Shown here: positions 24,826-34,141 of the stretch, in pieces
Numbering within the stretch: the first letter of the stretch is position 1
How the letters are laid out: each line of letters starts with the position of its first letter
NCBI GenBank assembly: GCA_963778075.1
Contig: CAVZTJ010000007.1
Location: forward strand, 4,134 to 68,133
DNA from: an uncultured Actinomycetota bacterium
GTDB lineage: Bacteria > Actinomycetota > Actinomycetes > Streptosporangiales > Streptosporangiaceae
DNA length: 64,000 bases
Direction: 5' to 3'
Made by a program: the position numbers and the translations under genes
The notes under the pieces: generated by a model
What the model was told of the DNA's origin: nothing
Database searches by the model: none
What the model saw: only the letters and a program-made list of their open reading frames with translations

Positions 24826-25023
24826 ATGCGCATCGGAACGATCCTTCTTGTCATCTGGCTGATCATCGGTGCTATCGCCGCTGGTCAGCGGCATGATTAC
24901 ACGTCGCCGCCGTCGAACTGCAACCAGTCGGCCACGATCGTGGTGACGATCCTGGCGGGCCCGCTGAACTACCTCGGGGTCGACCCGAAGATCTCCTGCC
25001 ACGTGCCGCAGCCCAGCAAGTGA
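24826..25023 (+). CDS. small membrane protein (65 aa)
   Basis: SD ggagg at 24816-24820, then ATG 24826. MRIGTILLVIWLIIGAIAAG TM helix with a Cys pair in the tail. Confidence 0.5.
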   Translation: MRIGTILLVIWLIIGAIAAGQRHDYTSPPSNCNQSATIVVTILAGPLNYLGVDPKISCHVPQPSK

Positions 25024-25131
25024 GCCGCTGACCAAACCCGCGCCCTTCCGGCGACGAATTAACGGTGGGGACGGGACCCGTCCGGGCTCCCGGGGCAGAC
25101 GGACGATCGCGGAAGACGGAGCGGCAGCGGC

Positions 25132-26874
25132 ATGATCGAGCTCGTCATCGTGGGCATCGCGGCCGGGTTTCTGGCGGCTATCTCGCCGTGCGTGCTGCCG
25201 GTCCTGCCGGTCGTCCTGGTAGCGGGGGCAGGCCAGCCAGACACTCCGGCTAGCGCTCCGGCTGACGGGCAGACCCTGGGTGCCGAGCAGGACTCGGTTG
25301 CACCGGCACGCCGCGGCGGGCTGCGCCGCCCGCTGGCGGTCATCGCGGGCCTGGTGCTGAGCTTCAGCCTGATCATCCTCGTCGGGTCGGAGATCCTCTC
25401 GCTGCTGCATCTGCCGCAGGACACGCTGCGCGACGCGGGCATCGCGCTGCTGATCCTGGTTGGGCTCGGCTACCTCATCCCGCCGCTCGGGGCGCTGCTC
25501 GAGCGGCCGTTCGCGCGGGTGCGCACCCGCAAGCCCAGCGGCGCGACCAGCGGGTTTGTCCTCGGCCTGGCCCTCGGCGTGCTGTACGTGCCCTGCGCGG
25601 GCCCGGTTCTCGCCGCCCTCACCGTCGTCGGCGCAACCCATCGCGTGGGGCTGACCGCGGTCGTGCTCGCCGCCGCGTTCGCCGTCGGGACGGCCGTGCC
25701 GCTGCTGGTCATCGCCGTCGCCGGGGGCCAGCTCGCCGGCCGGGTCGCGGCAATCCGCCGGCACGCGACGCAGGCCCGCCGGGTGGGCGGTGTCGTGCTC
25801 GTGGCGATCGCGGTGGCCATCGCCGCCAACGCGTTCGCGGGGCTGCAGCGCGACCTGCCCGGCTACTCCACCGCCCTGCAGGGCTCGGCGAAGGTCCGCA
25901 AGCAGCTGAACGGGGTCACCGGCGTGAAGGAGACCTCACTGACCCACTGCAACTCCAACGCCACCACGCTGGTGAACTGCGGCCTGGCGCCTAACTTCAA
26001 GGGCATCACCGCCTGGCTCAACACCCCAGGCGGCAAGCCGCTGTCGATCCGGGAGCTCCGCGGCAAGGTTGTGCTCGTCGACTTCTGGACCTACTCGTGC
26101 ATCAACTGCCAGCGGACCCTGCCGCACGTCGAGGCGTGGTACGCCAAGTACGCCAAGGACGGCCTTGTCGTGGTCGGCGTCCACACCCCGGAGTTCGCGT
26201 TCGAGCACGTGGTCTCCAACGTGCGGACCGAGGCAGCGGCGTTCGGCGCGCGCTACCCGGTCGCGGTCGACGACAACTACGCCACCTGGGACGCTTACGA
26301 CAACGAGTACTGGCCGGCCGACTACCTGATCGACGCCAGCGGCCACGTGCGGCACGTGCACTTCGGCGAGGGCGACTACGCGACGACCGAGCAGCTCATC
26401 CGCCAGCTGCTGGTCGCGGCCCATCCCGGGCGCTCGCTGCCGCCCGCGACGGACGTCCCGGACAAGACGCCGACCACCGAGCTGAGCCCGGAAACCTACG
26501 TCGGGTATGAGCGGCTGCAGTACCTGGTCCCGAGCAACACGGTGGTCCAGAACAGGCCGGCCGCCTACCACTTCCCGGCCTCGCTCCCGCTCGGCGGCAT
26601 GGGCCTGTCGGGGACCTGGACCGAGCACGCGCAGGAAGCGACCGCGGGCAGCGATGCCCGGCTCGAGCTCGGCTTCCTTGCCCAGGACGTCTACCTGGTC
26701 CTGGGCGGCAGCGGGACCATCAACGTCTCGATCAACGGGCACCATACGAAGACCATCGACGTCAGCGGGGTTCCCCGGCTGTACACGCTGTACCAGGCCG
26801 CCTCCGCCAACACGGCGAACCTCCAGCTGCAGGTCTCGCCGGGGGTCCAGGCCTACGACTTCACGTTCGGCTGA
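25132..26874 (+). CDS. DipZ-like protein: CcdA/DsbD membrane domain + thioredoxin-like domain
   Basis: N-terminal AISPCVLPVLP and YVPCAGPVL (CcdA cysteines). DFWTYSCINCQRTLPH is a redoxin CxxC. Same architecture as mycobacterial DipZ. Confidence 0.85.
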   Translation: MIELVIVGIAAGFLAAISPCVLPVLPVVLVAGAGQPDTPASAPADGQTLGAEQDSVAPARRGGLRRPLAVIAGLVLSFSLIILVGSEILSLLHLPQDTLRDAGIALLILVGLGYLIPPLGALLERPFARVRTRKPSGATSGFVLGLALGVLYVPCAGPVLAALTVVGATHRVGLTAVVLAAAFAVGTAVPLLVIAVAGGQLAGRVAAIRRHATQARRVGGVVLVAIAVAIAANAFAGLQRDLPGYSTALQGSAKVRKQLNGVTGVKETSLTHCNSNATTLVNCGLAPNFKGITAWLNTPGGKPLSIRELRGKVVLVDFWTYSCINCQRTLPHVEAWYAKYAKDGLVVVGVHTPEFAFEHVVSNVRTEAAAFGARYPVAVDDNYATWDAYDNEYWPADYLIDASGHVRHVHFGEGDYATTEQLIRQLLVAAHPGRSLPPATDVPDKTPTTELSPETYVGYERLQYLVPSNTVVQNRPAAYHFPASLPLGGMGLSGTWTEHAQEATAGSDARLELGFLAQDVYLVLGGSGTINVSINGHHTKTIDVSGVPRLYTLYQAASANTANLQLQVSPGVQAYDFTFG

Positions 26875-26903
26875 CCCGGGCTTCACCACGTATCGCTTCC
26901 CGC

Positions 26904-28127
26904 GTGGCGGCGGGTTACCGTGGCCAGGTGACCCAGCCAGCTACGGGTGGGGGCCTGTTCCTCACGGACCTCCCCATGGCCGAGAGCCGGACCGCTGCCT
27001 ACGCGATGCTCCGCGACGCCGGTCCGGTTATCCGCAGCCCGCGCGGGTGGTACATGCTCGTTTCGAGCGAGGCGGCGGAGTTCGCGCTAAAGCATCCCGG
27101 GCTGTTCTCGTCCAAGCGGGCGTTCGACATGGCCGGTAGCCCGCTGGCCATGGTGCCGATCGCCTTCGACCCGCCCGAGCACACCCGCTACCGGCGGGTC
27201 CTGCAGCCGTTCTTCAGCCCGCGCGGCATCGCGTCCTGGCTGCCGATGGTGCGCTCCCTGGCGGGCGAGCTGATCGACGGCTTCGCCGCCAGCGGCGAGT
27301 GCGACCTGGTCGCGGATCTGGCGGTGCCGCTGCCTGCGCAGGTGTTCCTCACCCTGTTCGGCCTGCCGCTCGAGGACCGGGACCGGCTGAACGCCTGGAA
27401 GGACGCGCTGGTCAACAACTTCGCCGTGCCGGGCGGGGAGCCGCCTCGGGAGCGGGCCATGAGGATGGGCGCGGAACTCTACGGCTACCTCGTCGGCCAC
27501 ATCGCGAAGCGGCGGCAGGACGGTGGCACCGGTGACCTGCTCGGCCAGCTCCTCGCCGACACCAGCACGGAACGGCTCAGTGACGACGAGCTGCTCGGCC
27601 TGTCGTTTCTGTTCGTGCTTGCCGGCCTGGAAACCGTGACCTCCTCGCTGAGCACCGCATTCGCGGCGCTCGCCGCTCACCCCGCGCTGCGGCGGCAGCT
27701 GGTCGCCGACCCGGCCGTGATACCGGCCGCGGTCGAGGAACTGGTGCGCTACGACGGGCCCGTGGTGTTCGTGCCCCGGATCGCCACCCAGGACGTCGAC
27801 GTGGCGGGCCAGACCATCCCGGCAGGGTCGTACGTCATGATCATGATTGGCGCCGCGGGCCGGGACCCGGCCGAGCACCCGGATCCGGACACGATCGACT
27901 TCCGGCGCCAGGAACTCAGTTTCGCGTTCGGCGGCGGGCCGCATCGCTGTCTCGGCTCGCACCTGGCCCGGATGGAGATGCGGGTCGCGCTCGAGGAATG
28001 GCACCGCCGGATCCCCGAGTACGCGCTCGCCCCGGGCGCGGCGCCGCGGGTCCGCTGGCCGGCGGGCGTGGTCGGCTTCGACAGCCTCCCGCTGATCTTC
28101 CCGCCCGGCGGCGCTGGCGCCCGATGA
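26904..28127 (+). CDS. cytochrome P450
   Basis: Heme loop FGGGPHRCLGSHLARME, ExxR (EELVRY), I-helix AGLETVTSS. The start is uncertain (GTG 26904 or 26928). Confidence 0.9.
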   Translation: MAAGYRGQVTQPATGGGLFLTDLPMAESRTAAYAMLRDAGPVIRSPRGWYMLVSSEAAEFALKHPGLFSSKRAFDMAGSPLAMVPIAFDPPEHTRYRRVLQPFFSPRGIASWLPMVRSLAGELIDGFAASGECDLVADLAVPLPAQVFLTLFGLPLEDRDRLNAWKDALVNNFAVPGGEPPRERAMRMGAELYGYLVGHIAKRRQDGGTGDLLGQLLADTSTERLSDDELLGLSFLFVLAGLETVTSSLSTAFAALAAHPALRRQLVADPAVIPAAVEELVRYDGPVVFVPRIATQDVDVAGQTIPAGSYVMIMIGAAGRDPAEHPDPDTIDFRRQELSFAFGGGPHRCLGSHLARMEMRVALEEWHRRIPEYALAPGAAPRVRWPAGVVGFDSLPLIFPPGGAGAR

Positions 28128-28142
28128 GGGTGCCCCGAGCGG

Positions 28143-28300
28143 ATGGTGATCCAGCATCTGATCGAGCGGACCGAGGCGGAGATCCGCTGGCACACCGAAC
28201 TCGCCGCCCGCGTGGAGAAGATCGCTGCCGACTTTGCCAAGGGCATCGGCAGCCCGCAGCAGCTGACCAGCCCCCACTCGGAGACGCACCGCGATGAGTA
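28143..28300 (+). other. possible 5' fragment of a lost gene
   Basis: MVIQHLIERTEAEIRWHTELAARVEKIAADFAKGIGSPQQLTSPHSETHRDE has near-uniform G/C third positions. That signal decays where the MFS frame starts (28294), and there is no stop until 28583. Confidence 0.3.
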
Positions 28301-29805
28301 CTCCCGCCCCGGCCTCGCCACCAGGAAAGGCCTCTCCGGAGCCGTCCCCCGATCGCGCCACGGCCGCAGCCCCGGCGTCAGCCCCGGACGGGAACGGCTG
28401 GCGTGCCGTCTCGATCGTGCTCGTCGGCGCGTTCATGGCGCTGCTGGACACCACCATTGTCAACGTCGCGCTGCCGAGCATCCGGACGGGCCTGCACGCG
28501 TCATCGGCGAGCCTCGAATGGATCGTCTCCGGTTATGCGCTTGCCTACGGCCTCGCTCTGGTGCCTGGCGGCCGGGCGGGTGACCGGTTCGGGCACAAGA
28601 GGCTGTTCCTCCTCGGGCTCACGATCTTCACCCTCGCCAGCGTCGCCTGCGGCCTCTCGCACAGCCAGGTTCAGATCGTCGTGGCCCGGATCGTGCAAGG
28701 CCTGGGTGCCGGCCTCTTCTTCCCCTCGATCAGCGCGACGATCCAGCACTCGTTCACCGGCCCGGCCCGGTCCAAGGCGTTCGGCGTGCTCGGGGCCGTC
28801 ATCGGCGTCTCCACCGCGATCGGCCCGCTGCTCGGCGGCCTGATCATCGCCGGGGTCGGTGCCCACAATGGCTGGCGCTGGGTGTTCCTGGTCAACCTGT
28901 TCATCGGCGCGGTAGCCATCCCGATGGCTGCCTGGCGGCTGCCGAAGGCAGTCAGTCATGTCAGGCGCGGCTTTGACCCGGTCGGGCTCGGCCTGCTTAC
29001 CGGCGGCCTGCTCCTGCTCCTGATCCCGCTGGTCGAGGGCGAGCAGGACGGGTGGCCTGCCTGGACCTGGATCTGCTTCGGTGGCTGCGTCGTGGTATTC
29101 GCGCTGCTGGCCGCGTGGGAACTGCGCGCCGATAAGCGCGGCGGCGACCCGCTGCTCAAGCCGGGACTGTTGCGGCAGACCTCGTTCTCGGCCGGCGCGG
29201 TGTTCGCGGTCGCGTTCTTCGGCGGTTTCAGCAGCATCTTCTTCACGCTGTCGATTCTGTGGCAGGAAGGCCTCGCCCACTCCGCGCTCATCACCGGCGT
29301 GGTTATCGCGCCGTACTCGGTTGGCACTCTGCTGGCCGCGGCGAACAGCGACAAGCTGTCGGCCCGGCTTGGCCGGCTCGTCCTCGTGCTCGGCTGCTCG
29401 CTGGTGATCATCGGCCTCGGGCTCGTAGTGCTCGTCATCCACCTGACCGCTCCCGCCGTGAACGGCTGGGACCTCGTCGGCCCGCTGCTGCTGGCCGGCC
29501 TCGGCACCGGCATGACGATCGCGCCGAACCAGGACTTCGTGCTGGCCACGGTGCCCCGCGCGGAGGCGGGCACGGCGGCCGGGATCCTCAGCACCTCGCA
29601 GCGCGTCGGCACGGCGGTCGGCATCGGGATCATCGGCACCGTGCTGTTCGGCAGCCTGAAATTCGCGGCGGGGCCGCACATGGTTGCCAGCGCGTTCGCG
29701 CACAGCGCTCAGCTCGCCCTGCTCGCCAACCTCGGGTTCATGGTCGTCGCGCTGATCCTGGTGCTGGCGCTGCCGCGGCAGATACCCCAGCACGCCGTGC
29801 GCTAG
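28294..29805 (+). CDS. MFS drug:H+ antiporter, DHA2/EmrB-QacA type
   Basis: LDTTIVNVALPSI, PGGRAGDRFGHKR, 14 hydrophobic segments. Confidence 0.9.
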   Translation: MSTPAPASPPGKASPEPSPDRATAAAPASAPDGNGWRAVSIVLVGAFMALLDTTIVNVALPSIRTGLHASSASLEWIVSGYALAYGLALVPGGRAGDRFGHKRLFLLGLTIFTLASVACGLSHSQVQIVVARIVQGLGAGLFFPSISATIQHSFTGPARSKAFGVLGAVIGVSTAIGPLLGGLIIAGVGAHNGWRWVFLVNLFIGAVAIPMAAWRLPKAVSHVRRGFDPVGLGLLTGGLLLLLIPLVEGEQDGWPAWTWICFGGCVVVFALLAAWELRADKRGGDPLLKPGLLRQTSFSAGAVFAVAFFGGFSSIFFTLSILWQEGLAHSALITGVVIAPYSVGTLLAAANSDKLSARLGRLVLVLGCSLVIIGLGLVVLVIHLTAPAVNGWDLVGPLLLAGLGTGMTIAPNQDFVLATVPRAEAGTAAGILSTSQRVGTAVGIGIIGTVLFGSLKFAAGPHMVASAFAHSAQLALLANLGFMVVALILVLALPRQIPQHAVR

Positions 29806-29827
29806 CGCGCGCCTGATCGGCTACGAC

Positions 29828-29862
29828 GGAGGATTCTCAGTCGTATTGGCTGACAATCCTCC
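29828..29862. terminator. hairpin ggaggatt...aatcctcc after the MFS gene
   Basis: 8-bp outer stem plus inner tcag/ctga pairing, followed by tt. The U-tail is weak. Confidence 0.45.
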
Positions 29863-29903
29863 TTGCTGAGCGCTCATGCACCAGCGCGGTGCGCATCTGA
29901 GGG

Positions 29904-31163
29904 TTGCTGCCTTGGGCGGCGGCCTCGGCCCGTAGCCTCAGACGGGTGAACGGGGCGAACGGCGAGGTGCTCGTGGTTGTCGGCATCGGCGACGACGGCT
30001 GGCCGGGGCTGACCGGTGAGGCACAGGCCGCGCTGCGAGATGCCAAAGTGATCGTCGGGGGCGCCCGCCAGCTGGCGCTGCTGCCCGATCTGGACGGACG
30101 CCGGATCCCGCTCCCGTCGCCGTTGCTCCCGCAGCTCGATGAGCTCGTCGCCGCCCATCCCGGGCTGTGCCTGCTGGCCAGCGGGGACCCGATGCTGCAC
30201 GGCATCGGCGCGACCCTCGCCCGCCGCCTCGGGCCAGGCCGGATCCGGGTGCTGCCTGCGGTGTCCAGCGTGGCGCTGGCCTGTGCGCGGCTCGGCTGGG
30301 CCGAGCACGAGACCGACGTGGTCTCGGTGGTGTCACGGCCGCCGGAAGCGGTCCTGCCCGCGGTGCAGCCCGGCGCAAGGCTGCTCGTGCTGTGCCGGGA
30401 CGGCGCGACCCCCACGGCGCTGGCCGCGCTGCTCGCCGGCCGCGGCTGGTCCGCCACCGGGATCACCGTGCTCGAGCATCTCGGCGGCCCGCAGGAACGC
30501 GCCCGCGGCCCCTTCCCGGCGGGCGCCCCCGATCCGGGGCCGTTCGCCGACCTGTGCGTCGCCGCCCTGGCCTGCGAGCCCGACGCCCCAGAAAGCGTGC
30601 TGCCCCGGGTGCCGGGGCTGCCGGACGCCGCGTACGAAACCGACGGGCAGCTCACCCGCCGCGAGGTCAGGGTGCTCGCGCTGGCCGCGCTCGCGCCGGG
30701 CCCCGGGCAGCTGCTCTGGGACGTCGGCGCGGGCAGCGGCAGCATCGGCATCGAGTGGATGCGCACCGATCACCGTTGTCGCGCCGTGGCCATCGAGTCT
30801 CGCCCGGACCGTGCCGACCGCCTGGAACGTAACGCGACCCGGCTCGGTGTGGCGGACCTGGAGGTGATCAGGGGAGTGGCTCCCGGCGCGCTGGCCGGCC
30901 TGTCCGAGCCCGACGCGGTGTTCATCGGCGGCGGCGTCACGGCGCAGGGCGTGGTCGAGTCGTGCTGGACGGCGCTGCGGCGCGGCGGCCGGCTCGTCGC
31001 GCACGCTGTCACGGTGGAGTCCGAGGCGGTGCTGCAGCAGTGGCAGCGCACCGTAGGAGGGGAGATGGTGAAGCTGGCCGTCAGCTATCAGGCGCCGCTC
31101 GGCGGGTTCACCGCCTGGCGGCCCGCGCTGCCGATCACCCAGTGGCAGGTGATCAAGCCGTGA
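29904..31163 (+). CDS. cobL: precorrin-6Y C5,15-methyltransferase (decarboxylating), CbiE+CbiT fusion
   Basis: N-terminal tetrapyrrole methylase (VVVGIGDDGWPGLT) plus a C-terminal SAM-MTase (LWDVGAGSGSIGIEW). In-frame GTG 29946 is the likelier start. Confidence 0.85.
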   Translation: MLPWAAASARSLRRVNGANGEVLVVVGIGDDGWPGLTGEAQAALRDAKVIVGGARQLALLPDLDGRRIPLPSPLLPQLDELVAAHPGLCLLASGDPMLHGIGATLARRLGPGRIRVLPAVSSVALACARLGWAEHETDVVSVVSRPPEAVLPAVQPGARLLVLCRDGATPTALAALLAGRGWSATGITVLEHLGGPQERARGPFPAGAPDPGPFADLCVAALACEPDAPESVLPRVPGLPDAAYETDGQLTRREVRVLALAALAPGPGQLLWDVGAGSGSIGIEWMRTDHRCRAVAIESRPDRADRLERNATRLGVADLEVIRGVAPGALAGLSEPDAVFIGGGVTAQGVVESCWTALRRGGRLVAHAVTVESEAVLQQWQRTVGGEMVKLAVSYQAPLGGFTAWRPALPITQWQVIKP

Positions 31164-31224
31164 TGCGTCCCCGCTCGCATCCCCGCCCCCACCCCCAGCC
31201 CCGCCTCCACCTTCGGAGTTACCA

Positions 31225-32040
31225 ATGACCGTGTCGTTCGTCGGTGCCGGGCCCGGTGCGCCGGACCTGCTGACCGTCCGCGCCCAGCGGCTGCTGGCCG
31301 AGGCGCCCGTCGTGCTGTACGCGGGCAGCCTGGTCCCGCCGGAAGTCCTGGCCGGGACCAGCGCGGGCGCCCGGTTGGTCAACACCGCCGACCTGGACCT
31401 CGACGCGATCACCGCCGAGCTGGTCTCGGCCCACGACGCCGGGCACGACGTGGTGCGGCTGCACAGCGGCGACCCGTCGATCTTCAGCGCGGTCGCCGAG
31501 CAGGCCCGGCGGCTCGACGCGGCGGGCGTGCCGTGGCAGGTGGTCCCCGGCGTGCCCGCGTTCGCCGCCGCGGCAGCCGCGCTGCGGCAGGAGCTCACGC
31601 TGCCCGGAGTCGGCCAGACCGTGGTGCTGACCAGGACCGCGGCGCGGGCGACCCCGATGCCCGACGGCGAGGACCTGGCCAGCCTCGCCACCACCGGCTG
31701 CACCCTAGTGCTGCACCTCGCCGTGCAGCACGCCGACAAGGTCGCCGCCGAACTCCTGCCGCACTACGGCCCGGACTGCCCGGCCGCGGTGGTGGCGCGG
31801 GCGACCTGGCCGGACGAGGTCGTGCTGCGCTGCCCGCTCGGTGAGCTCGCGGAGCGGGTGGCGGCGGCGGGCATCCGCCGCACGGCGATCATCGTGGTCG
31901 GCAAGGTGCTCGCGCACGGCGGCTTCATCGATAGCCACCTCTACTCGGCCGCGCGCGACCGCACGGCCGTCGGCACTCGCCCGTTCCCGCCCGCCCCGCC
32001 CGCCCGCGACCAGACGGCCGACAGCACCAGGGAGGCTTGA
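31225..32040 (+). CDS. cobM: precorrin-4 C11-methyltransferase
   Basis: VSFVGAGPGAPDLLTVRAQRLLAEAPVVLYAGSLV...VRLHSGDPSIFSA is typical of CobM/CbiF. Confidence 0.9.
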   Translation: MTVSFVGAGPGAPDLLTVRAQRLLAEAPVVLYAGSLVPPEVLAGTSAGARLVNTADLDLDAITAELVSAHDAGHDVVRLHSGDPSIFSAVAEQARRLDAAGVPWQVVPGVPAFAAAAAALRQELTLPGVGQTVVLTRTAARATPMPDGEDLASLATTGCTLVLHLAVQHADKVAAELLPHYGPDCPAAVVARATWPDEVVLRCPLGELAERVAAAGIRRTAIIVVGKVLAHGGFIDSHLYSAARDRTAVGTRPFPPAPPARDQTADSTREA

Positions 32041-32045
32041 CAGTC

Positions 32046-32807
32046 ATGAGGCGGCTGCTGATCATCGGCATCGGCGCGGGCGATCCCGAGCAGGTCACCG
32101 TGCAGGCGATCAAGGCACTCAACCGGGCCGAGGTCTTCTTCGTGGTCGACAAGGGCGACGTCAAGAAGGACCTCATGATGGCGCGGCAGGAGATCTGCGA
32201 GCGCTACATCGAGAACCGCTCGTACCGGATCGTCGGCATCCCGGAGCCGGAACGCGACCGGACCACGCCCGCCTACCGGCAGGCGGTCGAGCAGTGGCGC
32301 GGGGAACGCGCCGGGATCTGGACCCGGGTAATTGAGGACGAGCTGCCCGACGGCGGCTGCGGGGCGCTGCTGGTCTGGGGCGACCCGGCGCTGTACGACA
32401 GCACCCTGGCGATCGTCGAGCAGGTCATCGCCGCCTCGGCGTTCGAGATCGAGTATGAGGTCGTCCCGGGCATCAGCAGCGTCCAGGCGCTGGCCGCAAG
32501 CCACCGGGTGAGCCTGACCCAGGTTGGCAGGCCGCTGCACATCACCACCGGCCGCAAGCTGGCCGACGAGGGCATGCCGGACGGCTGCGACGACGTGGTC
32601 GTGATGCTCGACGCATCCTGCTCGTTCACCCGCGTCGATCCGGCCACCGAGATCTTCTGGGGCGCCTACCTCGGGACCCGAGACGAGATCCTGATGTCCG
32701 GGACTGTGGGCGAGGTCGGCGACCACATCCAGGCCATGCGGAGCGAAGCGCGGGCGCGCAAGGGCTGGATCATGGACACCTACCTGCTCCGCCGCCCCGC
32801 GACCTGA
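32046..32807 (+). CDS. cobF: precorrin-6A synthase (deacetylating)
   Basis: MRRLLIIGIGAGDPEQVTVQAI...LVWGDPALYDST...FWGAYLGTRDEI...KGWIMDTYLLR is near-colinear with Pseudomonas denitrificans CobF as I recall it. Track ORF starts at TTG 32037. Confidence 0.9.
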   Translation: MRRLLIIGIGAGDPEQVTVQAIKALNRAEVFFVVDKGDVKKDLMMARQEICERYIENRSYRIVGIPEPERDRTTPAYRQAVEQWRGERAGIWTRVIEDELPDGGCGALLVWGDPALYDSTLAIVEQVIAASAFEIEYEVVPGISSVQALAASHRVSLTQVGRPLHITTGRKLADEGMPDGCDDVVVMLDASCSFTRVDPATEIFWGAYLGTRDEILMSGTVGEVGDHIQAMRSEARARKGWIMDTYLLRRPAT

Positions 32808-32854
32808 TCATTAACTGACTACGCACCGCGCGTCGCGGCCGACACCGGCGAATG

Positions 32855-33625
32855 TCAGCGGGGCAGCAGGTCCTCCGGGCGGGTGACCGGGAAGCCGTAG
32901 GCGTCGGTGACCACGCCGCCGGCACGGCTGGCGAGGGCAAGGGCCGCACCGCCCACGGTCTCGCAGTCCTCCTGCCCCGCGTCCAGGACCGGCACGGAGG
33001 TGTGCAGCTCCCAATGGCACGGTTTCTGGCGGCGCAGTTCCCCTACGGCTGGCGGGGGTGGCTGCAACCTCATGTCGGCGATCCAGGGCGGGAAGTACAT
33101 GGTGAGAAACAGCACGCTCCCTTCGACGGGCCGGAGCGCGTAGGCGCCGCGCAGCTCCATCGGCCCGGCTTCCAGGACATGGCCCGCGAACGGGCTCAGC
33201 ACCTCGATAACGTCCTCCACCGGCAGCGGCTGCCCGCTGTACACCGAGGCATCGAGCGTCAGGTCCATCGCCGGCCGGGGGTCATGGATGGTTCCGCCCA
33301 GCCGGGTGGCCAGGCCCCGGATCAGCCTGCCCGCGTCCTCCCACTTGTCATCGTCCGAGCGCCGCTCGGCCTTGCCCTGCATGGCGATGCCCGCGTAGTA
33401 GGCCACCGCCATGCCAACGGGCAGGCCGGCCTTCGTGGCTATCTCCGGGGTGATCTCCACCGGTCCATGCAGCAGTACGCCGTTGCCGAACACGAACCGG
33501 TCGCCGTGCACCTGCATGCCGGGGTCGTAGCTGTTGACCGCTTCAGCCATCTCGGCCGGCTCTACCGCGAACAGCACGGCCGGCCTGCTGGCCAGCCGCT
33601 TGGCCGTGTTGTCGAACAGTCCCAT
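32855..33625 (-). CDS. hypothetical protein (256 aa), no recognisable domain
   Basis: SD ggag 8 nt before ATG 33625 (MGLFDNTAKR). GC3-rich frame. Track ORF 32855..33688. Confidence 0.6.
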   Translation of the reverse strand: MGLFDNTAKRLASRPAVLFAVEPAEMAEAVNSYDPGMQVHGDRFVFGNGVLLHGPVEITPEIATKAGLPVGMAVAYYAGIAMQGKAERRSDDDKWEDAGRLIRGLATRLGGTIHDPRPAMDLTLDASVYSGQPLPVEDVIEVLSPFAGHVLEAGPMELRGAYALRPVEGSVLFLTMYFPPWIADMRLQPPPPAVGELRRQKPCHWELHTSVPVLDAGQEDCETVGGAALALASRAGGVVTDAYGFPVTRPEDLLPR

Positions 33626-33707
33626 CGGGCGTACTCCACAGACGCCGCACCGCGCCGCGGGCCCGACGCGGTCCAAAAGATACCCCAAATGGACCGGGAC
33701 GTCCGGC

Positions 33708-34076
33708 TCAGCCGCGGTCGTGGAGGGTCACCTGGTAGCCGTCGGGGTCGGCGAACGTGAACGTGCGGCCGAACGGCCCGTCAACGGGCGCTGAGACGAT
33801 CGTGGTGCCGGCGGCGGCGAGGGCGTCGTGGATGCCCTGAGCGTCGGGGGCGTGCAGCCACAGCGCCATTCCCTGGCCCGGCTGCGCGATCGCGTCCAGA
33901 TCGGTGCCCGCGACGACGTCGCGGACGGCGAACGCGATCGGCTTGGTGTCGAACACGACGGCGTGCGGCGGTCCCGCGTCGGAGCGCTTCAGTCCCAGGT
34001 ACCGCTCGTAGAAAGCGGCGGAACGCTCCAGGTCGCGAACCTGCAGTGAAACGAAGTCGGGTCCGGTGACGGCCAT
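33708..34076 (-). CDS. VOC/glyoxalase-family protein
   Basis: SD gaggagg then ATG 34076. FVSLQVRDLERSAAFYERYLGL...PFGRTFTFADPDGYQVTLHD. Confidence 0.85.
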   Translation of the reverse strand: MAVTGPDFVSLQVRDLERSAAFYERYLGLKRSDAGPPHAVVFDTKPIAFAVRDVVAGTDLDAIAQPGQGMALWLHAPDAQGIHDALAAAGTTIVSAPVDGPFGRTFTFADPDGYQVTLHDRG

Positions 34077-34097
34077 GATTCCTGCCTCCTCGTTGGA

Positions 34098-34141
34098 TGT
34101 CAGTCTTCTGACACACCGCAATGTATGTCAGACTACTGACA
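34098..34141. promoter_or_regulatory. two copies of the palindrome TGTCAG-N4-CTGACA (probable MarR operators)
   Basis: 34098-34113 and 34126-34141, in the 64-nt VOC/MarR divergent spacer. The second ends on the MarR ATG. Confidence 0.55.
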
